Part shown: positions 1-8,915 of the stretch, piece by piece
Layout: the number at the start of each line of letters is the position of its first letter
Position numbering within the stretch: position 1 is the first letter of the stretch
Source of the DNA: a virus
Taxonomy: Duplodnaviria > Caudoviricetes
DNA: 56,858 bases
Virus record (IMG/VR): IMGVR_UViG_3300049841_000045
Span: 1 to 56,858 of that record
Strand: one strand, 5' to 3'
Notes under the pieces: model-generated
What the model was told of the DNA's origin: nothing
What the model saw: only the letters and a program-made list of their open reading frames with translations
Database searches by the model: none
Translations under genes and position numbers: made by a program

Positions 1-1
1 C

Positions 2-154
2 GGTAAAGGAGGGAAGGGGGGAACTCCTGGTGGAGTTGTGAACGGAGGCGCGGCTTCTGGCGCGGGAGCCGGCGGCGGCGGGGCAGCTAACGGCGGTACG
101 GGCGGGCTTGGTAGCGCGGGGCTTATCCGTTTTAAGTTTCCGGTGTCGGTATGA
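2..154 (+). CDS. C-terminal part of a glycine-rich fibre/decoration protein (5' truncated; probably the end of the ORF starting at 56234)
   Basis: Frame from nt 2 reads GKGGKGGTPGGVVNGGAASGAGAGGGGAANGGTGGLGSAGLIRFKFPVSV*. Its TGA overlaps the ATG at 151 (ATGA). The ending resembles the other Gly-rich ORFs (GGNGRVLILV, GGHGCVVVTTFF). Confidence 0.75.
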   Translation, partial: GKGGKGGTPGGVVNGGAASGAGAGGGGAANGGTGGLGSAGLIRFKFPVSV

Positions 155-1260
155 GTACCCGAAACTACCTAACACATATTCTTTCTGGCGGCGGGGATGT
201 GCAGTTTTCTCGCCCAGGGTTCAAGATTGCTTGCCAGTTTAATACCGGAGGTTCTGGGCAGTCTATGAATTACGCGGGGTATGCGCATTATCGTTCAGTC
301 GGAATGCGTGTCCTTTGGAACTATTACGATACTTCTACGTTCATTAATCCTACAGCGGGGGCTAACGGAATACATTTTCTTTCGACTGATACGTATACTG
401 GCGGGGGGCAATGGGCCTCTGTGCATGAAGTATGGCCCATCATGGATATGCTCTATACGGATCTGGAAACAAGTCTTCCGTTTCATGCGAGTGATGCTAA
501 TGACGTAGTGGTTACTGCGGGTAACGGTGGAGTATCGGGTACAACTCTTACAGTTACTGCGGGGGGCATATCATCTATTACGCGCGGAGCGCGGTTGTTT
601 GGGACGGGGATTGCCGCGAATACGTGGGTTACTGCTTTTACTAATCCTACCATTACGATGAGTCCAGCGAATGCTGTTGCAGATGGGACATCGGTTACGG
701 TCTCTGGTCGGATTAGAGATGTTACGGATCTACGAAATGCTATCGATGCGCAGATGGCGATCGAGATGGCGGCGAATCCCGGTGTAACTAAAATTTTGGG
801 GGCCTACTCAAATACTCCCGCAGGGATCGAGTCCACTGGAAGTTATTTGTTCTGGAACTACGATAAATCTGTCTACGAAGGGATGCAGATTAATAATAAC
901 GTGTGCGGGCAATACGTGGCCGCGAAGAACGACTTCATGGTTCCAGAGTTCTACACAAGTCGGATGGACGACATCTCTGTGAAAGCACAGTGGTTGGTTA
1001 GTGAGAAGAATAGACTGAGTTTGCCGATAAAGATATTTCCTCTGTTCTGGCCTACGGCGGGTACTTCCGAGATGAGTTATGAAACAGCCATGACGAATTT
1101 GGAGTATCTAATTCGCATTCCTGAAATTGACGGTGTGGCCTACTGGGCGGTTAACGGAACGCATGTACCTTCTAAAACATCTCCGTGGTATGACGATGGG
1201 ACCTTTCCGTGGATTACGGCCATCCAGGATTTCATTACAAAATACGGGCTGAGCGTCTAG
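151..1260 (+). CDS. Virion-associated protein; possible glycoside-hydrolase-like barrel with an inserted beta-rich tail module
   Basis: 369-aa ORF. Central SGTTLTVT...GTGIAANTWVT segment is typical of phage tail proteins; C-terminus (KIFPLFWP...DGVAYW) resembles the last strands of GH TIM barrels. Function is inferred. Confidence 0.5.
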   Translation: MSTRNYLTHILSGGGDVQFSRPGFKIACQFNTGGSGQSMNYAGYAHYRSVGMRVLWNYYDTSTFINPTAGANGIHFLSTDTYTGGGQWASVHEVWPIMDMLYTDLETSLPFHASDANDVVVTAGNGGVSGTTLTVTAGGISSITRGARLFGTGIAANTWVTAFTNPTITMSPANAVADGTSVTVSGRIRDVTDLRNAIDAQMAIEMAANPGVTKILGAYSNTPAGIESTGSYLFWNYDKSVYEGMQINNNVCGQYVAAKNDFMVPEFYTSRMDDISVKAQWLVSEKNRLSLPIKIFPLFWPTAGTSEMSYETAMTNLEYLIRIPEIDGVAYWAVNGTHVPSKTSPWYDDGTFPWITAIQDFITKYGLSV

Positions 1261-1271
1261 GAGATTAAGTA

Positions 1272-3386
1272 GTGGCAACTCGACAGAAGACTGTGCAGTT
1301 TGCGTTTCCCGCTAAAGCAACGCTGACGAATAACACGCTTGAAAATATGACTCAGATTACGGTGTATATACCGGAGTCTGGGGTTACTTTTAGGAGTGTA
1401 ACGGCGCGGGTTAGTTTTGACGATATAGTAACTGCTACCGGGGGCACGTTAACTACCAAGACGCTTGCTTTGCAACTTGGGGCTGCCGGGTATAGCACAG
1501 TAACGAATTCTAACTCACTAAACCATACGAGCACTAATCAAAGTTTTTATTTGGCCCAAGATTATACGGCATACTTTGTTTCGAATTGGTCTGGCACGTC
1601 CATGACCTGCGATTTTCAGTTACAGATTAATCAGTCGACGGGCACTACCCTTGGTATGGTCAATGTTTGTGTTGTCCTCGATGTCACGTATGATTATGCA
1701 GACACTAGCGCCACTCAAATTAAAACCGTAAGGATTCCGCTTAATGGGCCAACGGGAGCTTTGACTGTTAGCGATACGACATACGACACGATGCCCGCTC
1801 TGGATTATTATTTAGCAGAACCCAGTAAAACTTATAGAAGTATTTTCATAACCATGGAAGGTATGACCCATAATAATGGGTCAACGACAGACCACACTAT
1901 TACTTTTCATGCGGGTACTGCAACGGTAACTACAGGGAACTACGAGGCATCGCTCGTCGCGGATCGCCGGTATAGGTATGTATGGGATGTTACGAGTGCG
2001 TGGCCCAGTAAGACTGCAACGCAAGTGTTCCAGTTATCTGACACGGTCGGTAGGTGTAATCATCCGCAAGCTTGGCTGACTGTTACCTACGAGTTTAAGG
2101 CTGATGCGGCGACGACTACGTTATCCGCGGGGTTGCCCGATGGTTCCGGCACTACAGTGTCTGTAGTGTCGGCAGCCGCGTTGGGGACTGCCCCTTTCGT
2201 CATCAGCATAGATAACGAACAAATGCTTGTGACTAGTATTGCCTCTAATGATCTTACTGTAACCCGAGCCTATAACGGAACTACGGGGGTCTCGCATAGT
2301 AACGGAGCCACGGTGTCACCTTGCGCCACTAATTCGGTGGTCTTGTGCGGCTACGGGCTAGCCGGGATGAGTGGGGGCACTACAAGTTCTGATTACCAAA
2401 GATTCGCAAATAGTTTACGCATTGAAGAACCTGGTCCTATAACTGCAGCTAAAATAGCCTTTTTACTTGATTTTAATCTAACCGGCGTCGTCGCCGGGTT
2501 GAACGTACGGGTGGGTACTGGATCTTTTGTCGGGTACACTGTAAATTCGACATTGTATGCTGGTAGTTGCGGGCTAATGGTCCGTAATGATTCCGCGTTT
2601 ACCCTGGCCCGTGGCAATAACAATTTAACTTTTGACATCTATAGGACTGACACGACAGTTAATAATTTCATGTTTGGGCTTACTGGTCGTTGGATCGTAA
2701 ACTATGTCAGTGCTAAATCTGCTGCCGGGTATGGTGCGCATAATCATACTGTCGCATGGACTTTGGCGGTAAGTGGAACGGGGGCGGCGCCAAATACGCT
2801 CACGGTTGCGGCTACATCTCCGAATATTCCGGAAACGGATTATTTTCTATCAAATGTTGGAACTCATTACCGCAGTATGCCAAATTCGGGGGTTCTCCCC
2901 GGTCAGTTGTACGCTGCTGTGGAGCGATTAGCCGCCGAAGGCGGTGTCCGGTGGGACACTATAATGTCCGCGGCGCCCATATCTGACAGCAAAGTTGGGG
3001 ACTGGGTTTTTACGTCAGACGCGTCTAGATTTTTCAAGCGATGGCCAGCAGATACAGGGTACGAGCGGTTTGACTTGGAAACTTCTCGGCGGTGGCGGTT
3101 TGCGCATAGCGCTGGCATGTACCCGCTATTGCAACTCTGGTATACCTACCACACCTGCGGCCCCTTCGTCGTCTCTGATTCCGTCACAGGTAGCGATGGC
3201 GGCACAGTGACGATTGGTCTGTATCGCTCGAGCGATGGTGAGCTACTCAAGTCCACGACTCGAGCAGGTAATGGGGCTTATAGTTTCAATTGGTGGGACA
3301 ACACCGAGAACGTCTTCACGGCTTGCACCGATGCGACGGGGCATACCGCGCGCAGTAAGGATGGCGTCGCTACAGGAAGCCCGTAA
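1272..3386 (+). CDS. Large Thr/Ser-rich virion structural (fibre/decoration) protein
   Basis: 704 aa, GTG start after GGAG. Contains the common phage module TTTLSAG...IDNEQMLVT...LTVTRAYNGTT..HSNGATV and a short beta-sandwich-like C-terminus. Confidence 0.7.
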   Translation: MATRQKTVQFAFPAKATLTNNTLENMTQITVYIPESGVTFRSVTARVSFDDIVTATGGTLTTKTLALQLGAAGYSTVTNSNSLNHTSTNQSFYLAQDYTAYFVSNWSGTSMTCDFQLQINQSTGTTLGMVNVCVVLDVTYDYADTSATQIKTVRIPLNGPTGALTVSDTTYDTMPALDYYLAEPSKTYRSIFITMEGMTHNNGSTTDHTITFHAGTATVTTGNYEASLVADRRYRYVWDVTSAWPSKTATQVFQLSDTVGRCNHPQAWLTVTYEFKADAATTTLSAGLPDGSGTTVSVVSAAALGTAPFVISIDNEQMLVTSIASNDLTVTRAYNGTTGVSHSNGATVSPCATNSVVLCGYGLAGMSGGTTSSDYQRFANSLRIEEPGPITAAKIAFLLDFNLTGVVAGLNVRVGTGSFVGYTVNSTLYAGSCGLMVRNDSAFTLARGNNNLTFDIYRTDTTVNNFMFGLTGRWIVNYVSAKSAAGYGAHNHTVAWTLAVSGTGAAPNTLTVAATSPNIPETDYFLSNVGTHYRSMPNSGVLPGQLYAAVERLAAEGGVRWDTIMSAAPISDSKVGDWVFTSDASRFFKRWPADTGYERFDLETSRRWRFAHSAGMYPLLQLWYTYHTCGPFVVSDSVTGSDGGTVTIGLYRSSDGELLKSTTRAGNGAYSFNWWDNTENVFTACTDATGHTARSKDGVATGSP

Positions 3387-3667
3387 TGGCTACGTTCTCG
3401 TTAGACATGCGGGCACCGCCCAGCACGTTTGCGCTGGTGATGTCTGCGTCTATCGCGGCTCCTGCCGTCGACTACATCGTGGACTGGGTGCCCATGTCGT
3501 TAGCGGCCCACTTCCACGAAGTTCGTATTCGGTGGACTGAAGCAGAGTTCAATGCCTTGGTGCTGGCCGAGGCGGCGGGTAGTGCGGTGTGGGCGAAGTA
3601 CCCGCCAGGTAAGGCGCTTCACAAGCCCGAAGTTTGGGTCTGGCTAATGCTCGAGGCGATAGGCTGA
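3386..3667 (+). CDS. Hypothetical protein
   Basis: 93-aa ORF translationally coupled to the upstream gene (TAATG). Confidence 0.55.
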   Translation: MATFSLDMRAPPSTFALVMSASIAAPAVDYIVDWVPMSLAAHFHEVRIRWTEAEFNALVLAEAAGSAVWAKYPPGKALHKPEVWVWLMLEAIG

Positions 3668-3689
3668 ACTAAGGTTTTAAGGAGAATTA

Positions 3690-4289
3690 GTGGTAGCCTT
3701 GCTAGTAGTAGGTTCTGCGCCCTGTGCGCATGAAGACTACGTCAAAGCGAAGGCCCTGTATCCAGACTCGGAAACGATGCTGGTCAACGGGGCCTGCACG
3801 ATGATCGAGGATGCGGAGCACATGCTTTCCGGGCATACGGTGAAGGCGAATGACTTCTACCGCGCCCGGGCAGAAGTGTTTCCCCGTACGCCGATCCGGG
3901 TTCATGCGAACTCGCTCGGGAAGCACCTGCGGGTCTACCAGGCCGCGTTTCCGTGCGTCACGGATTGGTGGGGCCCGGAGATGAGTTCGGGGGCGACCAG
4001 TGCCGGCAAGGCCGCGCTGATCGGCCTGAAGATGGGGTTCGATCCGATCATCCTGTGCGGCTGCCCCATGGACGGGAGCGGGTACAGCATCGATGAGGCA
4101 ACGGTTCCGCAGGACAAGTCCTGCCAGCGCGTCGGCGATCCGAACGTGCAGAACCGGCGAACGATCATGGGGTACCGGGAAAAGTACGTGTCACTGGCGC
4201 GCACGGTATTCAAGGATAAGGTTTTCAGTATGAGCGGATTCACTCGTCTTCACAGCGGCGCGCCTCCCGGGTTTTCGGAAAAGGTTTAA
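3690..4289 (+). CDS. Sialyltransferase/Maf (DUF115)-like putative glycosyltransferase
   Basis: AGGAG SD. Motifs LLVVGSAP...VN and TSAGKAALIGLKMGFDPIILCGCPM match the GT29/GT42/Maf-like pattern (hhhGxGPS; SG..A...A..hG...I.hhGhD). Confidence 0.6.
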   Translation: MVALLVVGSAPCAHEDYVKAKALYPDSETMLVNGACTMIEDAEHMLSGHTVKANDFYRARAEVFPRTPIRVHANSLGKHLRVYQAAFPCVTDWWGPEMSSGATSAGKAALIGLKMGFDPIILCGCPMDGSGYSIDEATVPQDKSCQRVGDPNVQNRRTIMGYREKYVSLARTVFKDKVFSMSGFTRLHSGAPPGFSEKV

Positions 4290-4300
4290 GAGGATCAAGC

Positions 4301-4747
4301 ATGGCGACTTTTCAAGTAACGGATGAATGGGCAAATTACCTCGCGACTTCGGGTGGCGCCGGCAGCCCCGACGTGGACGGCGACACTTATAAGGCGGTGC
4401 TGTCCAACGTTGCCCCGACCAAGGCTGGAACTCAGCTCATCGGGTCAATCACGCAGATTACCGGCGCGGGGGGCTATGCCCCGGTGACGTTGACAGGTAT
4501 TACGTGGGCTGAAACGGGCGCCGGTACGGGCATCTGGCAATTTAGTTCCGCGGCTTTTGCTTGGACGGCTTCCGGAGCGAATTTTGACACGGCTCGGTAC
4601 ATCGCGATTTACGACGATACGCCGACTGTACCTGCCGATCCTGTTGTGGGGTATCTCGATTATGGCACCACGTTTGTCGTAACGGACGGGTCCACATTCA
4701 CGGTAACGCCTGGGGCCAACGGGATCTATCGCATCACGGTGAGCTAA
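4301..4747 (+). CDS. Small virion structural protein (fibre base/adaptor family)
   Basis: GAGG SD. DTYKAVL...GGY...WTASGANF..ARYIAIYDDT...VVGYLDYG is a widespread phage structural family. Confidence 0.7.
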   Translation: MATFQVTDEWANYLATSGGAGSPDVDGDTYKAVLSNVAPTKAGTQLIGSITQITGAGGYAPVTLTGITWAETGAGTGIWQFSSAAFAWTASGANFDTARYIAIYDDTPTVPADPVVGYLDYGTTFVVTDGSTFTVTPGANGIYRITVS

Positions 4748-4748
4748 C

Positions 4749-6449
4749 GTGGCTGATACCAAGGTCAGTGCTTTAACGGCGGTTGCTACGCCCGCGAGTA
4801 CTGACGAGTTCCCGGTTAACCAGAGCAGCACATCTAAGAAGATGACGCTGGCTCAAATCAAGACGTTTGCGCATACTTTGACTGCGCCGACGGTAATTTC
4901 CGTGGGCGCGGAATTTACCAGCACCGGCGTGCCCACGGCCACGCTTCCCGGCACGCACACAACCAACGACATTCTAGTGCTGGTGCTCCAGTCCAGTAAC
5001 GAGATTATCACTGCCCCGTCAGGGTATACACAGCTCGGCCCTCAGAATGGCATCGGTACGGCGGTGGCCGCGGGCGCGAATCGGCTGGGCATTTTCTGGA
5101 AACGAGACGGCGGATCTGAATCCGCTCCGACGATCGCGGACTCGGGCGATCATACCTACGGAATGATGTTCGCTGTACGTGGTTGTCCGACGACGGGCGA
5201 TCCGTTCCATATTGGCGGCAATAACTGGAAGTTCGCGACTTCCACGACGGGCACCAGCCCGGTTTCGGCTACGGTTATCGACAACACCCTAGTGGTCGAC
5301 ATCTGGGCAGGCAGTGCCGATAACGCCGCCGCCGAGGGGTCCTCGCTCGCCAATACGGATCTATCCAGCGTCACCGAACAGTTTGACGATGGTACTACGG
5401 ACGGCACGGGCGGATTCATCTATGTTTCCTCCGGCCTAAAGGCTGTTGCGGGAACAGTTAAGGCCACTACCGTTACGTGGGCGAATACTTCTGTCGATCT
5501 GTGTACCCGCGTTCATTTCCTCCCGGCGGGCACTGTCGATCTGGCCTCCGCCGAGCGCCCGTGCGAGGTGCTTTTGTACTGCGGTTCTCCGCAGGATACG
5601 GATGACACTTGGGTCAAGCCCGCTGGCGCTAAGCGAGTGTTTGCGCAAGTTTGCGATGGCGGTGGGGGAGGGTCCAGCGGAAATACCACGACTACGGCTG
5701 CCGCGGGTGGTGGTGGCGGTGGTGGCGGATACGACGAAGCATGGTACCTGGCGGATGACTTGGGCGCTACGGTCACGGTACACGCGGGAAAAGGTGGTGC
5801 AGCGAACGCGGGGCTAAACCAAGCAGGCAATCCCGGCGTTTTATCTGAGTTTGATAAGGGAAGTCGTGGCCCGTTAACCTCTACTTCGCGTATTGCTGGC
5901 ACTGCTGCGACTGCGGCAGCTTCAGCGGACGGCGGTAATGGTGGTTGCGGATCGGGGCGCGGTAGAGCATCCCCCGCAGTTGCTACAACACGTATCGACT
6001 TAACTGCAGCCACGGCTGGATCTGGGCTAGGCGCGGTAGGAGGCCGCGGCGGTTCTGGTACAACGGCGCCTACCGGCGGGTCCCCCGCTGAGTGGGGCGG
6101 TGGTGGTGGCGAGTCTGGCGCCGATACAGATGCCGCGATTACCAGCGACAATAATGGTTGGTCTGTTCGTGGTGGCGGCGGCGGATCTGGCGGCCGTACG
6201 AACACTACCATTTCGCAGTCCGGCCACGGGGGCGGTGCTGCTGGCGTAAGCTCGGCGCAGGGGGCAACAGGCGCCACATCCACGAAGTTGCCATACGGTG
6301 GATCGGGCGGTGTGGGCGGCGGCTCGAGCGTCGTCACTGGCGGTACGGGCGGGTTCCCCGGCGGCGGGGGCGGCGGTGGAGCTGGCGCAGCGGGTGGGTT
6401 TGGTGGGGCTGGTGGACATGGGTGTGTCGTTGTAACGACATTCTTCTAG
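4749..6449 (+). CDS. Glycine-rich fibre/decoration protein
   Basis: 566 aa. N-terminal ADTKVSALT docking-type motif, beta-rich middle, then TWVKPAGAKRVFAQVCDGGGGG and a long Gly-rich C-terminal domain. Confidence 0.8.
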   Translation: MADTKVSALTAVATPASTDEFPVNQSSTSKKMTLAQIKTFAHTLTAPTVISVGAEFTSTGVPTATLPGTHTTNDILVLVLQSSNEIITAPSGYTQLGPQNGIGTAVAAGANRLGIFWKRDGGSESAPTIADSGDHTYGMMFAVRGCPTTGDPFHIGGNNWKFATSTTGTSPVSATVIDNTLVVDIWAGSADNAAAEGSSLANTDLSSVTEQFDDGTTDGTGGFIYVSSGLKAVAGTVKATTVTWANTSVDLCTRVHFLPAGTVDLASAERPCEVLLYCGSPQDTDDTWVKPAGAKRVFAQVCDGGGGGSSGNTTTTAAAGGGGGGGGYDEAWYLADDLGATVTVHAGKGGAANAGLNQAGNPGVLSEFDKGSRGPLTSTSRIAGTAATAAASADGGNGGCGSGRGRASPAVATTRIDLTAATAGSGLGAVGGRGGSGTTAPTGGSPAEWGGGGGESGADTDAAITSDNNGWSVRGGGGGSGGRTNTTISQSGHGGGAAGVSSAQGATGATSTKLPYGGSGGVGGGSSVVTGGTGGFPGGGGGGGAGAAGGFGGAGGHGCVVVTTFF

Positions 6450-6462
6450 GAGGGCGGCCGCT

Positions 6463-7104
6463 ATGGCGGATAGATACCTTCTAGAAAGTGGGGCACCGGA
6501 CGGGTATTTGCTGGAGGATGGAACTGGCGTCCTCCTGCTTGATGTTGTAACCAACCTCACTTTAGATATTGATACGCCGGGGGCGATAACGCTCGCCGGG
6601 CAGGCGATGACGGCAGCTTATGGACTGCCACTCACCAACGGCGCGATCACGATCGCTGGGCAGGCGATCACTTCGAAGATCAGCGCGGCGCTAAGCACTG
6701 CCGGCGCGATCACGATCGCCGGGCAGGCGATCACTTCGAAGATCGGCGCGGCTCTGAGCACTGCCGGTGCGATTACGATTGCCGGGCAGACGATGACGAT
6801 GGTGCTTGGCACGGAAGTGGTGATATCCACTCCGGGGTCAATCACCCTTGCCGGGCAAAGTGCTACGTCGAAGATCGGCGTGGCGATCAGCAGCCCCGGA
6901 GCGATTGTACTTGCCGGGCAGAGTGTTACACTTTCGCTTGCTTTCGAGATAACGATTCAGGCGGGGCAGGTTACGATCGCTGGGCAGTTTGTTGAGCCCT
7001 GGTTGGTAACGCCGCCTCCGCAATTAGTGCGGGCTATCGTTCCACGGTGCCGCCGGTTGAAGAAAGTGGCGAAGAAGCCAAGAGTCTATCGGTACGAGGC
7101 TTGA
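6463..7104 (+). CDS. Repeat-containing structural protein (about 7 G(A/S)IT(I/L)AGQ repeats)
   Basis: GGAGG SD; N-terminal YLLE.G..YLLEDG motif; ~21-aa repeats; basic C-terminus. Confidence 0.7.
   Translation: MADRYLLESGAPDGYLLEDGTGVLLLDVVTNLTLDIDTPGAITLAGQAMTAAYGLPLTNGAITIAGQAITSKISAALSTAGAITIAGQAITSKIGAALSTAGAITIAGQTMTMVLGTEVVISTPGSITLAGQSATSKIGVAISSPGAIVLAGQSVTLSLAFEITIQAGQVTIAGQFVEPWLVTPPPQLVRAIVPRCRRLKKVAKKPRVYRYEA
6640..6790 (+). repeat. 63-bp near-perfect tandem coding repeat
   Basis: The unit ggcgcgatcacgatcgc(t/c)gggcaggcgatcacttcgaagatc(a/g)gcgcggc.ct.agcactgcc recurs about 2.4 times. Confidence 0.85.
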
Positions 7105-7113
7105 GGGGAGAAC

Positions 7114-7743
7114 GTGGAGATCATTAGCGCATTGGGTCGGGATTGGGTCTGGCCGGAGGCGGACAGGGAGTGCCGCAGGGTGGTATTCGATTGGGCTTCG
7201 GATCTGAATTCCGTTTACCCCCGGTGTCGCAAGTTCGATCTGGCGGTACAGGCAGGCGGGAACATGGGAGTGTGGCCGTGGCTCCTGGCGAAGAAGTTCG
7301 CCAAGGTGATCACGTTCGAGCCCGATCCGGTGTGCTACGACGCGCTGACGCAGAACCTGGCGCACAGCCCGAAGATTGAGTGCCACAACATGGCGCTCAT
7401 GGATGCTCCCGGCGCGGTCCACATGATGAACGATGAGCCGGATAATCTTGGGGCGCAGTACGTGGCGCCCATGCCTCATGGGATTGAAGCGACGACGATT
7501 GATGCGCTGGCATTGCCGATGTGCGACTTGATCTACCTCGATATCGAGGGTGCGGAGTTGCCGGCATTGCAGGGGGCCAAGGCAACGATCAAGGCTTTCA
7601 AGCCCGTCGTCGTGGTTGAAGATAAGGGTCACTCTTCCCGGTTCGGGTACAAGAAGGGTGACTCGGTACAGTGGCTTTACCAGTTCGGGTACTTCGCGGT
7701 GAACCGCCGGCACAACGATGTGGTGTTGATGTGCAAGTCGTAA
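7114..7743 (+). CDS. FkbM-family SAM-dependent methyltransferase
   Basis: VQAGGNMG motif I, VITFEPDP, TIDAL, LIYLDIEGAELPALQGA..TI..FKPVVVVE. Confidence 0.9.
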   Translation: MEIISALGRDWVWPEADRECRRVVFDWASDLNSVYPRCRKFDLAVQAGGNMGVWPWLLAKKFAKVITFEPDPVCYDALTQNLAHSPKIECHNMALMDAPGAVHMMNDEPDNLGAQYVAPMPHGIEATTIDALALPMCDLIYLDIEGAELPALQGAKATIKAFKPVVVVEDKGHSSRFGYKKGDSVQWLYQFGYFAVNRRHNDVVLMCKS

Positions 7744-8351
7744 CGGTTCTGAAGTCGGGCGGCGATTACACCCCGAAGCACGCACAGGTTCTGGCAGCCC
7801 AGCTTAGGGTGTATCTCCCGGGGGCGGAGCTTGTGTGCCTCTCCGACATGCGGGTGCCGGGGGTGGATGTCGTTCCACTCGAGCACGGGTGGCCTGGTTG
7901 GTGGTCTAAGATGGAAGTGTTCTCGCCGCAGATCAAAGGTGATCTGCTGTACTTCGATCTGGATACGCTGATCGTGGGTGACTTGAGGAAGTTGGCGGTG
8001 ACCAAGGAACTGACGCTTTTGCGTGACTTCTACCGCGACGGTCTGCGGCGTGAAGAGGGATTGCAGAGTTCGATGATGTATCTCCCCGAGGCGGATCGCG
8101 CGGAAGTGTGGGAAGCCTTCGCGAGAAACCCCGGGCGAGTGATTGTCGACTACGTGATTGGCGGAGACCAGGCGTTCCTTGAGCGGTTCTATATCGAGAA
8201 GGCGGAGCGGTGGCAGGATCGGTTTCCCGGCGCCGTCGTTTCCTACAAGGTGCATTGCCGCAAGGGCGTGCCTGCGGATGCGAGCGTGATCTGTTTCCAT
8301 GGCCGCCCGCGTCCGTGGCAGGTGCCCGACTACAAGAGGCTTTACGAGTAA
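7731..8351 (+). CDS. GT-A fold glycosyltransferase (GT8-like)
   Basis: Probable GTG start at 7731 (VQVVTVLKSGGDY). Motifs GWWSKMEVF, LLYFDLDT (DxD), GDQAFL, VICFHGRPRPW. Confidence 0.85.
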   Translation: MQVVTVLKSGGDYTPKHAQVLAAQLRVYLPGAELVCLSDMRVPGVDVVPLEHGWPGWWSKMEVFSPQIKGDLLYFDLDTLIVGDLRKLAVTKELTLLRDFYRDGLRREEGLQSSMMYLPEADRAEVWEAFARNPGRVIVDYVIGGDQAFLERFYIEKAERWQDRFPGAVVSYKVHCRKGVPADASVICFHGRPRPWQVPDYKRLYE

Positions 8352-8354
8352 CCC

Positions 8355-8915
8355 ATGGCTATTGAGACTCCTTCAAAAATCGGCCTAATCAGTAAGGCGT
8401 TGATCCTCATCGGCGAGAAGCCGCTGGACTCACTTTCTGACAACCGTTACGGGGCCACGGTCGGGAGTAACCTCTTCGAGGTTATCTACGAGAGTGAACT
8501 GCAGAGTAACCGCTGGCGCTTCGCGGTAACGAAGGACTCGCTCTCCCGGCTCGTGGACGCTCCGCTGAACGAATGGCAGTACGCCTACCAGCTTCCCTCG
8601 GACATGCTGCTGCCCATTGGCGTGTATCCGAAGGCGCCCTACGAGATTTACGCGGATCATCTCTACACGGATCAGTCCAGTGTCGAACTGGACTACATGT
8701 TTAAGCCCGCGGTAAGCGAGATCCCCGCGCACTTCGCGCTCCTGATGGTCTACGCGCTCGCGCGCGATATGGTCAAACCCATCACTGAGTCCGACGCCGG
8801 GGTCGACGTCTTTAACAGGAAGTATCTCTCCCAGCGTAACCGTTCCATGTTCGCCGACGCCCAGGGGCGCCCGAGCCAGATGTTGTTCGACAGTCCTTTC
8901 ACTGATGCGCGGTAA
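8355..8915 (+). CDS. Tail tubular protein A (T7 gp11-like adaptor)
   Basis: I...AL..IGE.P..SL, WRFA, WQYAYQLPSD motifs; directly upstream of tubular B. Confidence 0.85.
   Translation: MAIETPSKIGLISKALILIGEKPLDSLSDNRYGATVGSNLFEVIYESELQSNRWRFAVTKDSLSRLVDAPLNEWQYAYQLPSDMLLPIGVYPKAPYEIYADHLYTDQSSVELDYMFKPAVSEIPAHFALLMVYALARDMVKPITESDAGVDVFNRKYLSQRNRSMFADAQGRPSQMLFDSPFTDAR

Noticed and set aside
5513-6337. Pro-rich antisense ORF
   Set aside because: Mirror of Gly codons in the fibre gene.
7114-8351. DNA hypermodification role for the methyltransferase and glycosyltransferase
   Set aside because: They lie in the late structural operon, and I found no base-hydroxymethylase or other modified-nucleotide pathway; not fully excluded.
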